Assembly (NCBI GenBank): GCA_965221905.1
Contig: OZ244922.1
Location: 640,001-704,000, forward strand
Reading direction: 5' to 3'
DNA: 64,000 nt
From: Chloroflexota bacterium
GTDB taxonomy: Bacteria; Chloroflexota; UBA11872; VXOZ01
Shown here: positions 9,193 through 19,472 of the stretch, piece after piece
Layout of the letters: each line of letters begins with the position of its first letter
Position numbering within the stretch: position 1 is the first letter of the stretch
The notes under the pieces: model-generated
Told to the model about the DNA's origin: nothing
What the model saw: the letters and a program-made list of their open reading frames with translations, nothing else
The model's database searches: none
Made by a program: the position numbers and the translations under genes

Positions 9193-10395
9193 CTATTCGG
9201 TCGGCGCGCTCCCCAACACCTTGTAGCCGTGGTTTTCCGCCGTTCTCTCGGCAATGGGCAGGACCTCTACGACCAGTCTGGAGAGGCCCACCACCTCTCC
9301 GTCGGCGTCGAAGCTGTAGTCGTTGCCGATCGCGCCGCTCCAGGTAATCTCGTACATGCAGTCGCGGAAGCCGTCGGCGTCCTGGTCGTCGCCGGTTTGT
9401 TTGAGACATTCGGCGGCGATGTACACGTTATCATAGGCGGAACCGAGGTGCCACGGCAGCGTGACATAGTCGTAGCGTTCCCGGAAGTCGGCCAGGACCT
9501 CTTGGGCTTTCGCATTGTCGGGGTGCAGGTCCGCCGTGATCGCTTTCATCCCGGTGGCGTCGTCGCCGGCGATCTCCAACGATGTTGTGCCCACAGACAC
9601 CGTCTCGGCGTAGATGGGGCCTTGATAGCCTAACTCTCGCGCCTGCTTGATGATCACTCCGGCCGCAAACTCGGACTGCGGCGCTAGGTGAAGCGCATCC
9701 GGTTCATCGTCGAGCAGTTTGCTTAGTTGGGTCCGGAAGTCGGTAACGTCGGACGCGTACGTCTCCTGGGACACCACCTGTCCGCCCAGTTTAGTGAACT
9801 GACCTACCGTGGTGCGGCGTACGCCTTCGGCGTAGTCGGTGGCCTCGGTGATGGTGGCCAACCTGCGGACGCCGTCAGCCCACATCAGGTTACCGGTGGC
9901 GACACCGACCTCAACGTCGCTGATCTGGGTGCGAAAGATGTAGTCGCCCGCGTTGGCGATGTCCGGGCTGCTCGCCAGCCCTGAAAACAGAATAACCCCG
10001 TCGGCCTCCGCCAGCGGGGCAACTCCGAGCATGGCGCCGCTGCAGGAGGTTCCCAGGATGATCTTCACGCCATCTACGTCTGTCAGCTTTCGGTAAGCGG
10101 TGACCGCTTCCTTGGCGCTGCACTGGGAGTCCTCCACAATGAGTTCAAGCATCCGACCATCGATGCCGCCTGCGGCGTTGATTTCGTCCACGGCCATCTG
10201 CTTGGCGCGCACGGCCACATTGCCGTAGGTCTCGCCAGGGCCTGTGAGCGACTCCATCACGCCTATCCTAAAGGGCCCTTTTTCACCGCCTCGCGCGTCT
10301 TGCTCCGTGTCCGCGGCGGCGCAGCCAATGACAAGCAAAGCGAGCAGCCATAGCGCCCAGAGCCAAATAAACCGTTTCCACGATACGGGCCGCAT
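9193..10395 (-). CDS. ABC substrate-binding lipoprotein (LivJ/K-like), paralogue 2
   Basis: Lipobox VIGC; IGVMESLTG, AVDEINAAGGIDGR and YIFRT motifs. Confidence 0.9.
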   Translation of the reverse strand: MRPVSWKRFIWLWALWLLALLVIGCAAADTEQDARGGEKGPFRIGVMESLTGPGETYGNVAVRAKQMAVDEINAAGGIDGRMLELIVEDSQCSAKEAVTAYRKLTDVDGVKIILGTSCSGAMLGVAPLAEADGVILFSGLASSPDIANAGDYIFRTQISDVEVGVATGNLMWADGVRRLATITEATDYAEGVRRTTVGQFTKLGGQVVSQETYASDVTDFRTQLSKLLDDEPDALHLAPQSEFAAGVIIKQARELGYQGPIYAETVSVGTTSLEIAGDDATGMKAITADLHPDNAKAQEVLADFRERYDYVTLPWHLGSAYDNVYIAAECLKQTGDDQDADGFRDCMYEITWSGAIGNDYSFDADGEVVGLSRLVVEVLPIAERTAENHGYKVLGSAPTE

Positions 10396-10621
10396 TGCGC
10401 TCTTTTCTGTGAGGATACTCTAGGGTATCTAATCGGGTAGTTACTCTAACACCATTAGCGTCAATCCGGCAAGTATTCGGTAGAATATACTAACCCGGAA
10501 TACGAGCAGTCGAAAATGAATCTCAGGGAAGCAAGGTCGCTGCACAGACCTTTAGCGGTGATTGCGGAGCGCAGAGCGTCCACATGTTCTGCACGCAGTG
10601 GTCCAGGCTGACACGGAGAGC

Positions 10622-10682
10622 GCCAAACCGTTCTTGCTGAGTGAGCTTCGCGAAGTCCTTGTCGAAGCAAGAACGGTTTGGC
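10622..10682. repeat. REP-like family B hairpin with a perfect 17-bp inverted repeat
   Basis: GCCAAACCGTTCTTGCT...AGCAAGAACGGTTTGGC enclosing the TTGTCGAAG core. Relatives at about 9079-9102, 20487-20598, 26614-26639 and 30686-30737. Confidence 0.75.
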
Positions 10683-10775
10683 AAGCACTTCATCATGAGC
10701 GGTCTTGTGGTAAGTGCAAACCGCGCAATCCACGGGTGATCCGTAAACACACCGCAAATGCAATTTGCAGTGGCC

Positions 10776-11987
10776 TTACTCCGTCGGCGCGCTGCCGAGA
10801 ACCTTGTAGCCTTGGTTCTCCTCTGTCCGCTCGGCTACGGGCAAGACTTCCACCACCACGTTGGAAAGACCGACGACCTCGCCGTTCTCATCAAAGGTGT
10901 AATTCTCGCCGATAGCGCCGGTCCAGGTGATTGCGTATAGGCAGTCGCGCATGCCGTCAGCGTCTTGATCGTCATTAGTCTGCTTGAGGCACTCGGCGGT
11001 GATGTAAATGTCATCGTAGACCGAGCCTATGTACCAGGCCAGCGTCACGTAATCGTAGCGCGCCCGGAATTTGGCCAGCACTTCCTGGCCCTTGGCGTTG
11101 CTAGGTGAGATGTCCGGCAAGATGGCCTTGGTACCCGCGGCAGCATCACCGGCGATCTCAAGCGCCGTGGCCCCAACCGGCACGATGTCAGCATAGATTT
11201 GGCCCTCGAAGCCCAACTCACGCACCTGCTTGATGACAGTGCCGCCGGTGAACTCGGACTGGGCGGCGATGAGCAGGGCATCGGGATTCTCGCCAATCAG
11301 CTTCGTAAGCTGGGTCCTGAAGTCGGTGGTATCTGATCCGTAACGCTCCTCAGCAACCACGGTACCGCCGCGCTTTTCAAACTGCGCAACCGATGTGCGG
11401 CGCACACCTTCGGCGTAGTCGGTGGTCTCGGAGATGGTCGCCAAATTGCGGACGCCGTCCGCCCACATGACGTTGCCGGCGTCAATGCCCAACTGAGCGT
11501 CGTTCATCGACGTGCGGAAGATGTAGTCTCCCGCGTTGGCAATGTCCGGGCTCGTTGCTAAACCGGAGAAAAGGATCACACCGTCGGCTTCCGCCAAAGG
11601 CGCGGCGCCCAGCATCGCACTGCTGCAGGACGTGCCGAGAATGATCTTGACACCGTCAACGTCGGTCAGCTTGTTGTACGCCGTAATGGCGTCTTGCGCG
11701 GCGCACTTGGAATCCTCCACGATGAGTTCCAGCATGCGGCCGTTGATGCCGCCCGCGGCGTTTATCTCATCCACGGCCATCTGCTTCGCCTGCAAGGCCA
11801 CGCTGCCGTAGGTCTCGCCCGGGCCCGTGAGCGACTCCATCACGCCAATTCTAAAGGGTGCTTGGTCACCCTCTTGTATATCTTTGTCTTCGTCCGTGGC
11901 GCTATCGCCGCCACATGCAATGACCAGCGAGGCCAGTAGCGCCAGTGCTGCCAGCAAAATAGCTCTCTTCCAGTATAGAATTCGCAT
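10776..11987 (-). CDS. ABC substrate-binding lipoprotein (LivJ/K-like), paralogue 1
   Basis: GAGGAG RBS before the ATG at 11987; lipobox VIAC; highly similar to 9193-10395 with an identical C-terminus YKVLGSAPTE. Confidence 0.9.
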   Translation of the reverse strand: MRILYWKRAILLAALALLASLVIACGGDSATDEDKDIQEGDQAPFRIGVMESLTGPGETYGSVALQAKQMAVDEINAAGGINGRMLELIVEDSKCAAQDAITAYNKLTDVDGVKIILGTSCSSAMLGAAPLAEADGVILFSGLATSPDIANAGDYIFRTSMNDAQLGIDAGNVMWADGVRNLATISETTDYAEGVRRTSVAQFEKRGGTVVAEERYGSDTTDFRTQLTKLIGENPDALLIAAQSEFTGGTVIKQVRELGFEGQIYADIVPVGATALEIAGDAAAGTKAILPDISPSNAKGQEVLAKFRARYDYVTLAWYIGSVYDDIYITAECLKQTNDDQDADGMRDCLYAITWTGAIGENYTFDENGEVVGLSNVVVEVLPVAERTEENQGYKVLGSAPTE

Positions 11988-12313
11988 GGCACACTCCTCT
12001 CTGAGAATGCGTACGATACCCATATTGTAAGATACTGTAGCATGTTCCCGTCAATCCCGCAAGTAGGGGGAATGAAAACTGAGTTTGCGGTACGTGGTGG
12101 GGCACAGTTTCCACTTTCTTCATGGTGGCAGTTGGCGCTCAAATTCGGAGTGCAGCTAGATACGTCTGCGACTACCTGCTACAGAACAGGCGCACCATCT
12201 CAAACCAGGAGATGTCTCTGGGGAAACTAAAGTCAATATGGTCATGACCTGCGATACAGGTTAGCCTAATGCTATACTGCCGATAAGGGATGTAACCTAC
12301 TAAGGTAAGAGTC

Positions 12314-13618
12314 ATGATGGAAGAGACAGAATTCGGGCCTTCATTGACAAAGGTGTGGGCCAAGAACTTCCGCAGCATTGAATATGCAGAGCTTGAATTG
12401 GGGCCGCTGACAGTGCTGGTGGGACCCAATGCTTCTGGGAAGAGCAATTTGCTCGATCTATTGTGCTTCTTAGGTGACACAGCTCGTGAGGGTTTAGAAA
12501 CGGCGATTAGCCGACGAGGTGGGATAGAATCCATTGGGCGCAGGTCTCCGAGTGGAAGAATATTGGGTCCTGAGATTGGCTTTGAATACAGATCTCAGGA
12601 CGGGACATTGACTTACTCTTTTGCCTTGAACAGACGGCGTGATGGGGAGTATCAGGTCAAGCGGGAGATTGCTAGGCTAAAACCTTTGGAATCGGATGAT
12701 CTTCCACCGGAGTTCAAGATTACTAATGGACTTCTTACTAAGCCCAGTCTCAAGAGAGCATTGAGACTGATTAAAGAGAGCGGAGAGAAGAACGGTCACA
12801 CGGATATAATCAATCACCTTGTGAAGGATACGGGCCGCCAAGACCTCCAACTGTTGGCTCCGGAAGCCTTTAGACATACTTCGATGCTGGCATTTTACCT
12901 ACTTCAAACTGGCACAATGCAGTCCAGCCTTGGATTTCACTTGCACACCAATCTAGAGAGAGCAAGAGACTTTCTTGGCAAAGTTTGGATTTACCACATT
13001 TTCCCTAATCTACTTCGTAACCCTCAAAAAGTGGCGGAGAGCCATCCTATGGCGGCTGGCGGTGAGAATCTGGCGTCTGTCTTACAGGACATGAATCACA
13101 GTAAGGGTCGCTTCCTCCCGGACCTGAAAGATGCTTTGACCTTTGCGGTTCCTGGAGTCCGAGACATTAGAGTTAAGTCCGCTGGAAGTTACTATGTAGT
13201 GGAGATCAACCACGAGAGGGATGGGGGGACCGAAAAGGGTTCCTGGTTTGATCTATCTCATGAGTCGGACGGCACCATCCGGCTATTGGCTATGCTGACC
13301 GCTCTGTTTCAAGATCCTGCTCCATCACTGATTTGCCTCGAAGAGCCCGAATTAGCCATCCATCCTGGTGCAATGGCGGTCTTGTCAGACACCATGGTGG
13401 AAGCCTCGCTGCGCGGACAGGTACTGGTGGCTACCCACAGCCCCGACTTGATTGACCGCCTGCCCATTGAGAGTATTCGGGCGGTGACCACGGAAGATAG
13501 TGCCACCAGGGTGGGCATCATTGCAGATCATCAACTGAAGTCGGTTAAAGAGGATCTATTCTCGCCGGGAGAACTACACAGCATGGAAGGTCTGGAACCG
13601 GCAGCACTAGGAGAGTAG
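12314..13618 (+). CDS. AAA_21/ABC-type ATPase of a putative defence module
   Basis: KNFRSI, Walker A GPNASGKSN, signature ESDGT, Walker B LEEPELAIHP and ATHSP motifs. Confidence 0.88.
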   Translation: MMEETEFGPSLTKVWAKNFRSIEYAELELGPLTVLVGPNASGKSNLLDLLCFLGDTAREGLETAISRRGGIESIGRRSPSGRILGPEIGFEYRSQDGTLTYSFALNRRRDGEYQVKREIARLKPLESDDLPPEFKITNGLLTKPSLKRALRLIKESGEKNGHTDIINHLVKDTGRQDLQLLAPEAFRHTSMLAFYLLQTGTMQSSLGFHLHTNLERARDFLGKVWIYHIFPNLLRNPQKVAESHPMAAGGENLASVLQDMNHSKGRFLPDLKDALTFAVPGVRDIRVKSAGSYYVVEINHERDGGTEKGSWFDLSHESDGTIRLLAMLTALFQDPAPSLICLEEPELAIHPGAMAVLSDTMVEASLRGQVLVATHSPDLIDRLPIESIRAVTTEDSATRVGIIADHQLKSVKEDLFSPGELHSMEGLEPAALGE

Positions 13619-13622
13619 CAGT

Positions 13623-14219
13623 TTGATCACGATTGTACCTGTAGTTGAGGGCGATGGGGATGCTAGTGCACTGCCTGAGCTTCTGAATCGGATAATCTCT
13701 ACTAAGTTCAATCGGTACGACATCGTTGTGGCTGAAGGCAAAAGCAAGGTAGTCAAGGCAAACGGGCTAGATAAGCTAAAGAACAAGCTGGAAAAGTTCC
13801 TGCTACATGCACAGAACAAACCCAAGTGTGGAGCGATTCTGATCCTTGTGGATGCTGACTCTGAATGCCCGGTAACATTGGCCCAACATTTCTCCCAACG
13901 CTGTGAACAGATCGGCGCAAGATACCCCATACAGGTAGTGTGCGCTTATCGTACATACGAGTCTTGGTTCCTAGCCAGTTTGGAAACAATCAGAGGGAAT
14001 CATGGTATCGCGAGTGCCGCAGTACTACCTTGCGATGCTGAGAATGTACCAAGTCCCAAACAATGGCTCACGCGCCAAATGCCCGCTGGCCAGGCGTACA
14101 AGGAGACGACTCATCAAGCGTCCCTTAGCCAGAAGATAGATCTAGACCTGGCATATCGAAACTCCCGTTCTTTCCGCAGGCTATGTCACGCGATCGAACA
14201 ACTGCTTGAAGTCATGTAG
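13623..14219 (+). CDS. DUF4276-like TOPRIM-fold protein
   Basis: VVEGDGD, LVDAD, ESWFLA and SRSFRRL motifs; starts 4 nt after the ATPase. Confidence 0.8.
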   Translation: MITIVPVVEGDGDASALPELLNRIISTKFNRYDIVVAEGKSKVVKANGLDKLKNKLEKFLLHAQNKPKCGAILILVDADSECPVTLAQHFSQRCEQIGARYPIQVVCAYRTYESWFLASLETIRGNHGIASAAVLPCDAENVPSPKQWLTRQMPAGQAYKETTHQASLSQKIDLDLAYRNSRSFRRLCHAIEQLLEVM

Positions 14220-14444
14220 GCACCCTAGGCTAATTGAGTTGGCGGTGTCTGAATATGCTGAAGCGATTTCTCAATCGACAAGACTTCATGGGTGACGAAA
14301 TGTGTGCGATCCGGTTCCAGGGCTCTGGCATTGGAAATCCTGCCATGTGAGTCGATGTGGCTGGCCACTTACACATTCAAAATCGATTGATGCTCATGTG
14401 TTCTTGGCATTCAATTGGAAAACTCGGATCGATTCCACTCTTGT

Positions 14445-15257
14445 TTACTTGCTAGTCAAGTCGTTGAACGTCACCAGCAAGTCTTCCACGTGATTGCGGA
14501 CACTGCTGCGGTCTGCGCTGCAGACTAGGCACGTGAACGGGAATTCGCCGGTGGCGCGGAAGCGAGCGGCGTTGGGGTAGTGGAAGTCGCCGGTGTGGGT
14601 CATGAACTGGCCCCACCAGCCGTAGGTGAAGGCGGGGCCGGAGACCCGGCTGTTTGCGAGCCACTTCGGCGGAAAGAGCGACTGGAACGGCGGAAAGTTG
14701 TTGATCCAACTGCCGCATTGCACAATCTCAATGTCCGGCCGGTCCCGTTCCAGGTTGTCCAGGAGTTTTAAGAGCGATTGCGCCAGGGCGGGCATATCCC
14801 GGAAGGGCGACCGGGGTTGCAGCACGTTCGTGAAGTGAATGTGGACGACATCTTCTGCGTAGTCCCGGGAGAAGCAACTGTAGGGCGTGGGCGGAATGAC
14901 CTGCCCCGCACCCTCCCAGAGGTTGCCCTTGCGTTCCCCGGCGAGGCGTTCCTCCATAGTCGGGAGGAGCAGCGCGTAGGCGGCTTCTTCCAGCGCTTCG
15001 GTGGTCGCGTCGGCACGGTGATGATGGAATAGTTCCTTCAATTGGTCCACTAGCGCATTCCACTCGGGATCGGGGTGGCCTTGCGCAGGATGGTGTTTGC
15101 CGTCCCAGAGGTGCGTGCGCCGGCAAATATCGACGCGAGTAGTAATCAATTCCTCGAACGGGCGCTGCTCGGTTTGCAGCAGCCGATGCACGTACCAGAC
15201 CTTGAGTTTCACGCACTCGCGATCGTAGTTGCGCCGGATTTCTAGCCGTGTTGGCAT
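14445..15257 (-). CDS. Hypothetical protein (270 aa)
   Basis: ATG start with GGAG upstream and protein-like composition; no family recognised. Confidence 0.7.
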   Translation of the reverse strand: MPTRLEIRRNYDRECVKLKVWYVHRLLQTEQRPFEELITTRVDICRRTHLWDGKHHPAQGHPDPEWNALVDQLKELFHHHRADATTEALEEAAYALLLPTMEERLAGERKGNLWEGAGQVIPPTPYSCFSRDYAEDVVHIHFTNVLQPRSPFRDMPALAQSLLKLLDNLERDRPDIEIVQCGSWINNFPPFQSLFPPKWLANSRVSGPAFTYGWWGQFMTHTGDFHYPNAARFRATGEFPFTCLVCSADRSSVRNHVEDLLVTFNDLTSK

Positions 15258-15330
15258 TATTCAAACTCCTGGCGAAGGCTTTCGTGCGCTTCAGAGGCGG
15301 GTGAAAACACCCCGGAATGATAAAGGATTC

Positions 15331-15361
15331 CCCTCACCCTGCCCTCTCCCCAAGGAGAGGG
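15331..15361. repeat. REP-like element, family A, second copy
   Basis: CCCTCACCCTGCCCTCTCCCCAAGGAGAGGG matches 5434-5466. Confidence 0.8.
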
Positions 15362-15544
15362 TTTAAGATGAGACTACTTTTGCGCCTCAGGGGTATGGGA
15401 AGGATCTCCTGGTGGATGTTTGCATAGTCTCTTGACATACTTTGCGCGCCGCTTGGCGCTCGTTCTGCGCGGCTCAAGAGCGCACCTCTAGGCGCCGCAC
15501 TCTGCCAGTGACGCTTCTCGTGAGCGACGTGCTATCTACAACTT

Positions 15545-16513
15545 TCACGCTACGGTGACCGGCAAACCCGTCTCGATGGACTGCCGGGCCGCTCCGATGA
15601 GGCGCATTGCCTCCACGCCGTCTTCACCCGTGACGATTGGCGAGGCTTCGCTCGCCACGCAGTCGAGGAAGTGGCTGACTTCCAGATAGAAGCGGTCGTG
15701 GCCGCCGACGTCGGTCTCGACTCGTTCGGTAACGTGGTCCAGACTGAAGCGGCTGCGATTGGTGACGAAATCGATAACGATAGCGCCGCGTTCCCCGTAG
15801 ACTTCGACGCATTTCTCCGTGTGGGGCGACGACCAGCTTCCCTCCATCGTGCCCACCACGCCGTCCACACTCTGCGCCATGAAGACGACGGTATCGGTAC
15901 CGGTTATAGCCTGGGCGAGGGTCCCGCCCTTGGCGTAGATGCTCTTCATTTCTCCAACCAAGTACCGGAATAGATCGACATAATGCGGACCTGATTCCCA
16001 GAGGATGCCGCCGCCCCGAACGGGCTCCGCCAACCAGGTGCCGGCCATGAGTTCAACGCCTGCGAACCGGAGACGGAAGTGGTGCAGCGGGCCCAGCTTG
16101 CCGGTATCTATCCACTCCTTGGCTTTCGCAATCGGGGTATAGAAGCGGTTGCAGAAAGCGGTCATGAGAATGACGTTGGCGCTGCTGGCGGCGGCGACCA
16201 TGGCCTCGCCCTCGCTCACGCTCATGGCCAGAGGCTTCTCGCAGAGCACGTGCAGGCCGCGCGCCGCTGCGTGCTCGGTAATCTCGCGATGGGAGGGTGG
16301 CGGCGTACAAATGCTCACGGCATGCAGTTCCTCCGAGCGCAGCATGGCCGCATAGTCGGTGTATGCCTTGGTATCGTATTCCTGGGCGCGCGCCTCAGCC
16401 ACGGCCTGAATCGGATCGGCCACGGCCACGATTTGCGCCCCCTCGTTCGCGGCATAGCTGCGCAGGTGGGAGTGCGAAATGGCGCCACAACCGATTACGC
16501 CTACACGTACCAT
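15545..16513 (-). CDS. Gfo/Idh/MocA family oxidoreductase
   Basis: VGVIGCGAIS Rossmann motif, HVLCEKP, GGG.L...GPHYVD. Confidence 0.93.
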   Translation of the reverse strand: MVRVGVIGCGAISHSHLRSYAANEGAQIVAVADPIQAVAEARAQEYDTKAYTDYAAMLRSEELHAVSICTPPPSHREITEHAAARGLHVLCEKPLAMSVSEGEAMVAAASSANVILMTAFCNRFYTPIAKAKEWIDTGKLGPLHHFRLRFAGVELMAGTWLAEPVRGGGILWESGPHYVDLFRYLVGEMKSIYAKGGTLAQAITGTDTVVFMAQSVDGVVGTMEGSWSSPHTEKCVEVYGERGAIVIDFVTNRSRFSLDHVTERVETDVGGHDRFYLEVSHFLDCVASEASPIVTGEDGVEAMRLIGAARQSIETGLPVTVA

Positions 16514-16603
16514 GGTTTTGTCTTTCTCCGTAGTGTTGTGCTGGCTCGTATCTTGCGCGCTTGGAGTAAACTTCGCGTGCGTACTATTACAAGGTAGCTG
16601 CGT

Positions 16604-17353
16604 CTATTGCTTTCGACCCACCATCAGACGGGTGAGCAAGCCGAATTTTGCCGGTTCGAGGGCAAACGTCTCGCGAATCAGCGGCGGTGCGGCGGCGAAT
16701 AGCGCTCTCAGTTCGCTCACTTGAGCGGGCGGCGTCTGCTGCCGGGCTACCCAATCGTCGAACTCCAGCATCTTCAACCAGGTGTGTGTCACGGCAAAGC
16801 TGAGGCCCGCCTCCTGGAAGAATCGCTGCCACTCACTTTGGCTCCACTCGCGCACGTGGGAAGGATCGCGCAGCACTTCCACTTTGTTGATCCAGCGGTC
16901 CGCAGCAGGATCATCCGGCGAGGTATTGTCGACGACCAGCAGCCGACCGTCCGCGGTCAGGACGCGGGCAATTTCTTGCACGACGCGCGCCGGATTATGG
17001 AAGTGGTGTCCCGTGTAACGGCAGACGACCAAGGAAAAGGTCTCATCGGGAAACGGTAGGCGCTCGGCGTTGCCCACGCTTGCCTGGAAGTGCTCGATGC
17101 CGCGCTCGCGCGCGTTGCGGCAGGCTGCCTCAACCATCTGCGGCGTAATGTCGAGGCCGATGATGTGTCCCGCGCAGCGGGCCAGCGCGAAAGCAGCATG
17201 CCCTGCGCCGGTGCCAAGATCGAGAGCGCGGGCGTGCCGGCCGGGCCCGGCCTCCTCCACTAGCCAGACTAAGTCCTCGCCCTCCGCAAACACCGTGCTA
17301 TGGCTATAGGCTTCAGCCGCGCGGCCGAATTGTTTCTGAGTCTGCTGGTACAT
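16604..17353 (-). CDS. Class I SAM-dependent methyltransferase (Methyltransf_11)
   Basis: LDLGTGAG, AERLPFPDETF and RDPSHVR motifs. Confidence 0.92.
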   Translation of the reverse strand: MYQQTQKQFGRAAEAYSHSTVFAEGEDLVWLVEEAGPGRHARALDLGTGAGHAAFALARCAGHIIGLDITPQMVEAACRNARERGIEHFQASVGNAERLPFPDETFSLVVCRYTGHHFHNPARVVQEIARVLTADGRLLVVDNTSPDDPAADRWINKVEVLRDPSHVREWSQSEWQRFFQEAGLSFAVTHTWLKMLEFDDWVARQQTPPAQVSELRALFAAAPPLIRETFALEPAKFGLLTRLMVGRKQ

Positions 17354-17684
17354 AGTCTTGAACTTAGTCTACCTTCATCTTTAGGTCGGGTCTTTCCCAC
17401 GCCGCTCGACCGCGCGCTCCACGCCGGTGCTAATCGACGCCGCCAATTGCGCTCGCGGCAGTTGTAAAGGGACTGCCAATGGGGGTCAAGATGTCTGATT
17501 ATGAAACTCCTAGAATCTGCTAATCGCATAGTAAATGATGCGCCGTGCGCTGGGCAATGCGAACATGACACTGGTAAGGTGCTATGCTAGAATCGTGGCT
17601 TGGGTGAAGCGAAAAACACACCCTACGCCGGGCCGAAGCGGTGGTTACGAATATCAGCAACCTGTCAATAAGGAGTGGTTCTTG

Positions 17685-18182
17685 ATGCGATGGCGTTTAC
17701 GCGTTCCTTTGGCGCTCGTCGCGATTCTTTTCTCGATGGCATTGATAATTGGTTGTGGTGGTGAGGAAGAAGAAGCATGGAGTTGGGATGCAGAACCACC
17801 AACGCCAACGCCGGACAGAAGCATTATTGAGCCAGTTCCTACTCCATCCGGTCCGGTCGACCCTGAATCTATTGAAGTGATAGTGGACCTTAGCACAGGC
17901 GACGCCGAGCGCGGAGAAGAGCTCTTTGAGGAAAAGGGCTGTGTCGCCTGTCATAAGATTGCGGAAGACGGCCCCGGCGGCGAGGTTGGACCAGTGCTTG
18001 CAGGCATTGGCGATGTGGCGAACCGTCCCATGCTGGCCGCGGACATCGCGAACACACCGGAGAACATCTGGCGCTGGGTGCAATTCCCGCAGAAGATCAA
18101 GCCCGGCACGGAGATGGCGCCCCTGGGGATGGATGGCCAAGAGGCCGCTGACCTCGTGGCATATCTCCAAACATTGAAGTAG
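17685..18182 (+). CDS. Monohaem cytochrome c lipoprotein 1
   Basis: AAGGAG RBS, lipobox IIGC, Pro-rich linker, CVACH haem motif, GP.L.G, distal Met in KPGTEM. Confidence 0.88.
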   Translation: MRWRLRVPLALVAILFSMALIIGCGGEEEEAWSWDAEPPTPTPDRSIIEPVPTPSGPVDPESIEVIVDLSTGDAERGEELFEEKGCVACHKIAEDGPGGEVGPVLAGIGDVANRPMLAADIANTPENIWRWVQFPQKIKPGTEMAPLGMDGQEAADLVAYLQTLK

Positions 18183-18242
18183 GGAAGAAGGCAGGCTGTT
18201 GGCTGTCTCTCATGCGTCGGTACGTAAAGGGTGCAAGGCTTG

Positions 18243-18728
18243 ATGCATAAGCTTGCGCGCTTGGCTTTGGCGATCTTCGCGATTTTCCTCATGTCGGCAT
18301 TGGTCGCGGCTTGCTTCCCGTGGGATGGATCGGATTCGACGCCAGCGCCCACAGCGGAACCAGCGAGAGTTGCACCGGATGTTACTCCCACCCCTACGCC
18401 TCCCGAGGATATTCCGCCGCCGCCAGACGGCTATTTGGAGCGAGCGGACGAACGCAAGGGAGAGGAGCTCTTTGAAGAAAAGGGCTGTGTCGCCTGTCAT
18501 AAGATCGCGGAGGATGGCCCCGGCGGCGAGATTGGCCCTGTGCTTGCCGGCATTGGCGATGCGACGAACCGACCGATGCTGGCTGCAGACATAGCGAACA
18601 AGCCGGAGAATATCTGGCGCTGGATTCAGTTCCCGCAATTAATTAAGCCAGGTACGGAGATGGCGCCCCTAGGAATGGATGGGGAAGAAGCCGCTCACCT
18701 CGTGAAATACCTCTTGACGTTGAAGTAG
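18243..18728 (+). CDS. Monohaem cytochrome c lipoprotein 2
   Basis: Lipobox VAAC, CVACH; haem domain nearly identical to paralogue 1. Confidence 0.88.
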   Translation: MHKLARLALAIFAIFLMSALVAACFPWDGSDSTPAPTAEPARVAPDVTPTPTPPEDIPPPPDGYLERADERKGEELFEEKGCVACHKIAEDGPGGEIGPVLAGIGDATNRPMLAADIANKPENIWRWIQFPQLIKPGTEMAPLGMDGEEAAHLVKYLLTLK

Positions 18729-18767
18729 GGAGTAACGCACGCTGTTGGCTCACTCTCGCGTGTCGCA

Positions 18768-19346
18768 ATGCATAGGGAACGAGGAATGATGCGCGGACGG
18801 GTGCGCCTTGTCAAGGGTCTAGCGGGGGCCTTGCTTGCAGCGGCTCTTTTCGTGGGCTGCTTTCCATGGGATAGATCGGAGCCAACGCCAGTGCTTCCAA
18901 CGGCTCCGCCCGCGGCGACGAGCCCGGCGCCGACATCGACTGCCGAGCAAAGCGCAGCCAGTGAAACGGCAACGCCGGAGCAGACACCGACCCCTCGGCC
19001 TACCGCAATCATAGTTACGCGCACTCCCAGGCCGCTGCCCACCGTGCCGCCGGGCGTGCTGAGCCAAGGCGATGCGCGGCTGGGTCAAGAGCTCTTCGAG
19101 AGCAAAGGGTGCATCGCTTGCCATCAGATTCGGGGTGAAGGCGGCGACACCGGCCCGGCCCTCGACGGCATCGGCGATCGGTCGCGGCGGCCGATGCTGG
19201 CGGGCAGTCTTGATAATACGTCGGAGAATAAGTGGCGCTGGATTATAAATCCGCAACTCGTCAAGCCCGGTACGGCCATGTCTCCGCAGCCGCTCGATCC
19301 CGTAGAAGCTGCCCATCTGGTGGCATACTTGGAAACCTTGAGGTAG
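18768..19346 (+). CDS. Monohaem cytochrome c lipoprotein 3 (start may be 18786 or 18789)
   Basis: Lipobox FVGC, long PT-rich linker, CIACH, KPGTAM. Confidence 0.87.
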   Translation: MHRERGMMRGRVRLVKGLAGALLAAALFVGCFPWDRSEPTPVLPTAPPAATSPAPTSTAEQSAASETATPEQTPTPRPTAIIVTRTPRPLPTVPPGVLSQGDARLGQELFESKGCIACHQIRGEGGDTGPALDGIGDRSRRPMLAGSLDNTSENKWRWIINPQLVKPGTAMSPQPLDPVEAAHLVAYLETLR

Positions 19347-19472
19347 GCGGTAGGCCGCGTGGCCTCTTGCCCTTACAGTCGAGATGAGCATTAAATACAG
19401 GGATGGCCGATATACAGCCATCCCTGTGGTGATTAAGGTATTCAAGCAAGCTCTCATGAGTTAGAGACGCCT

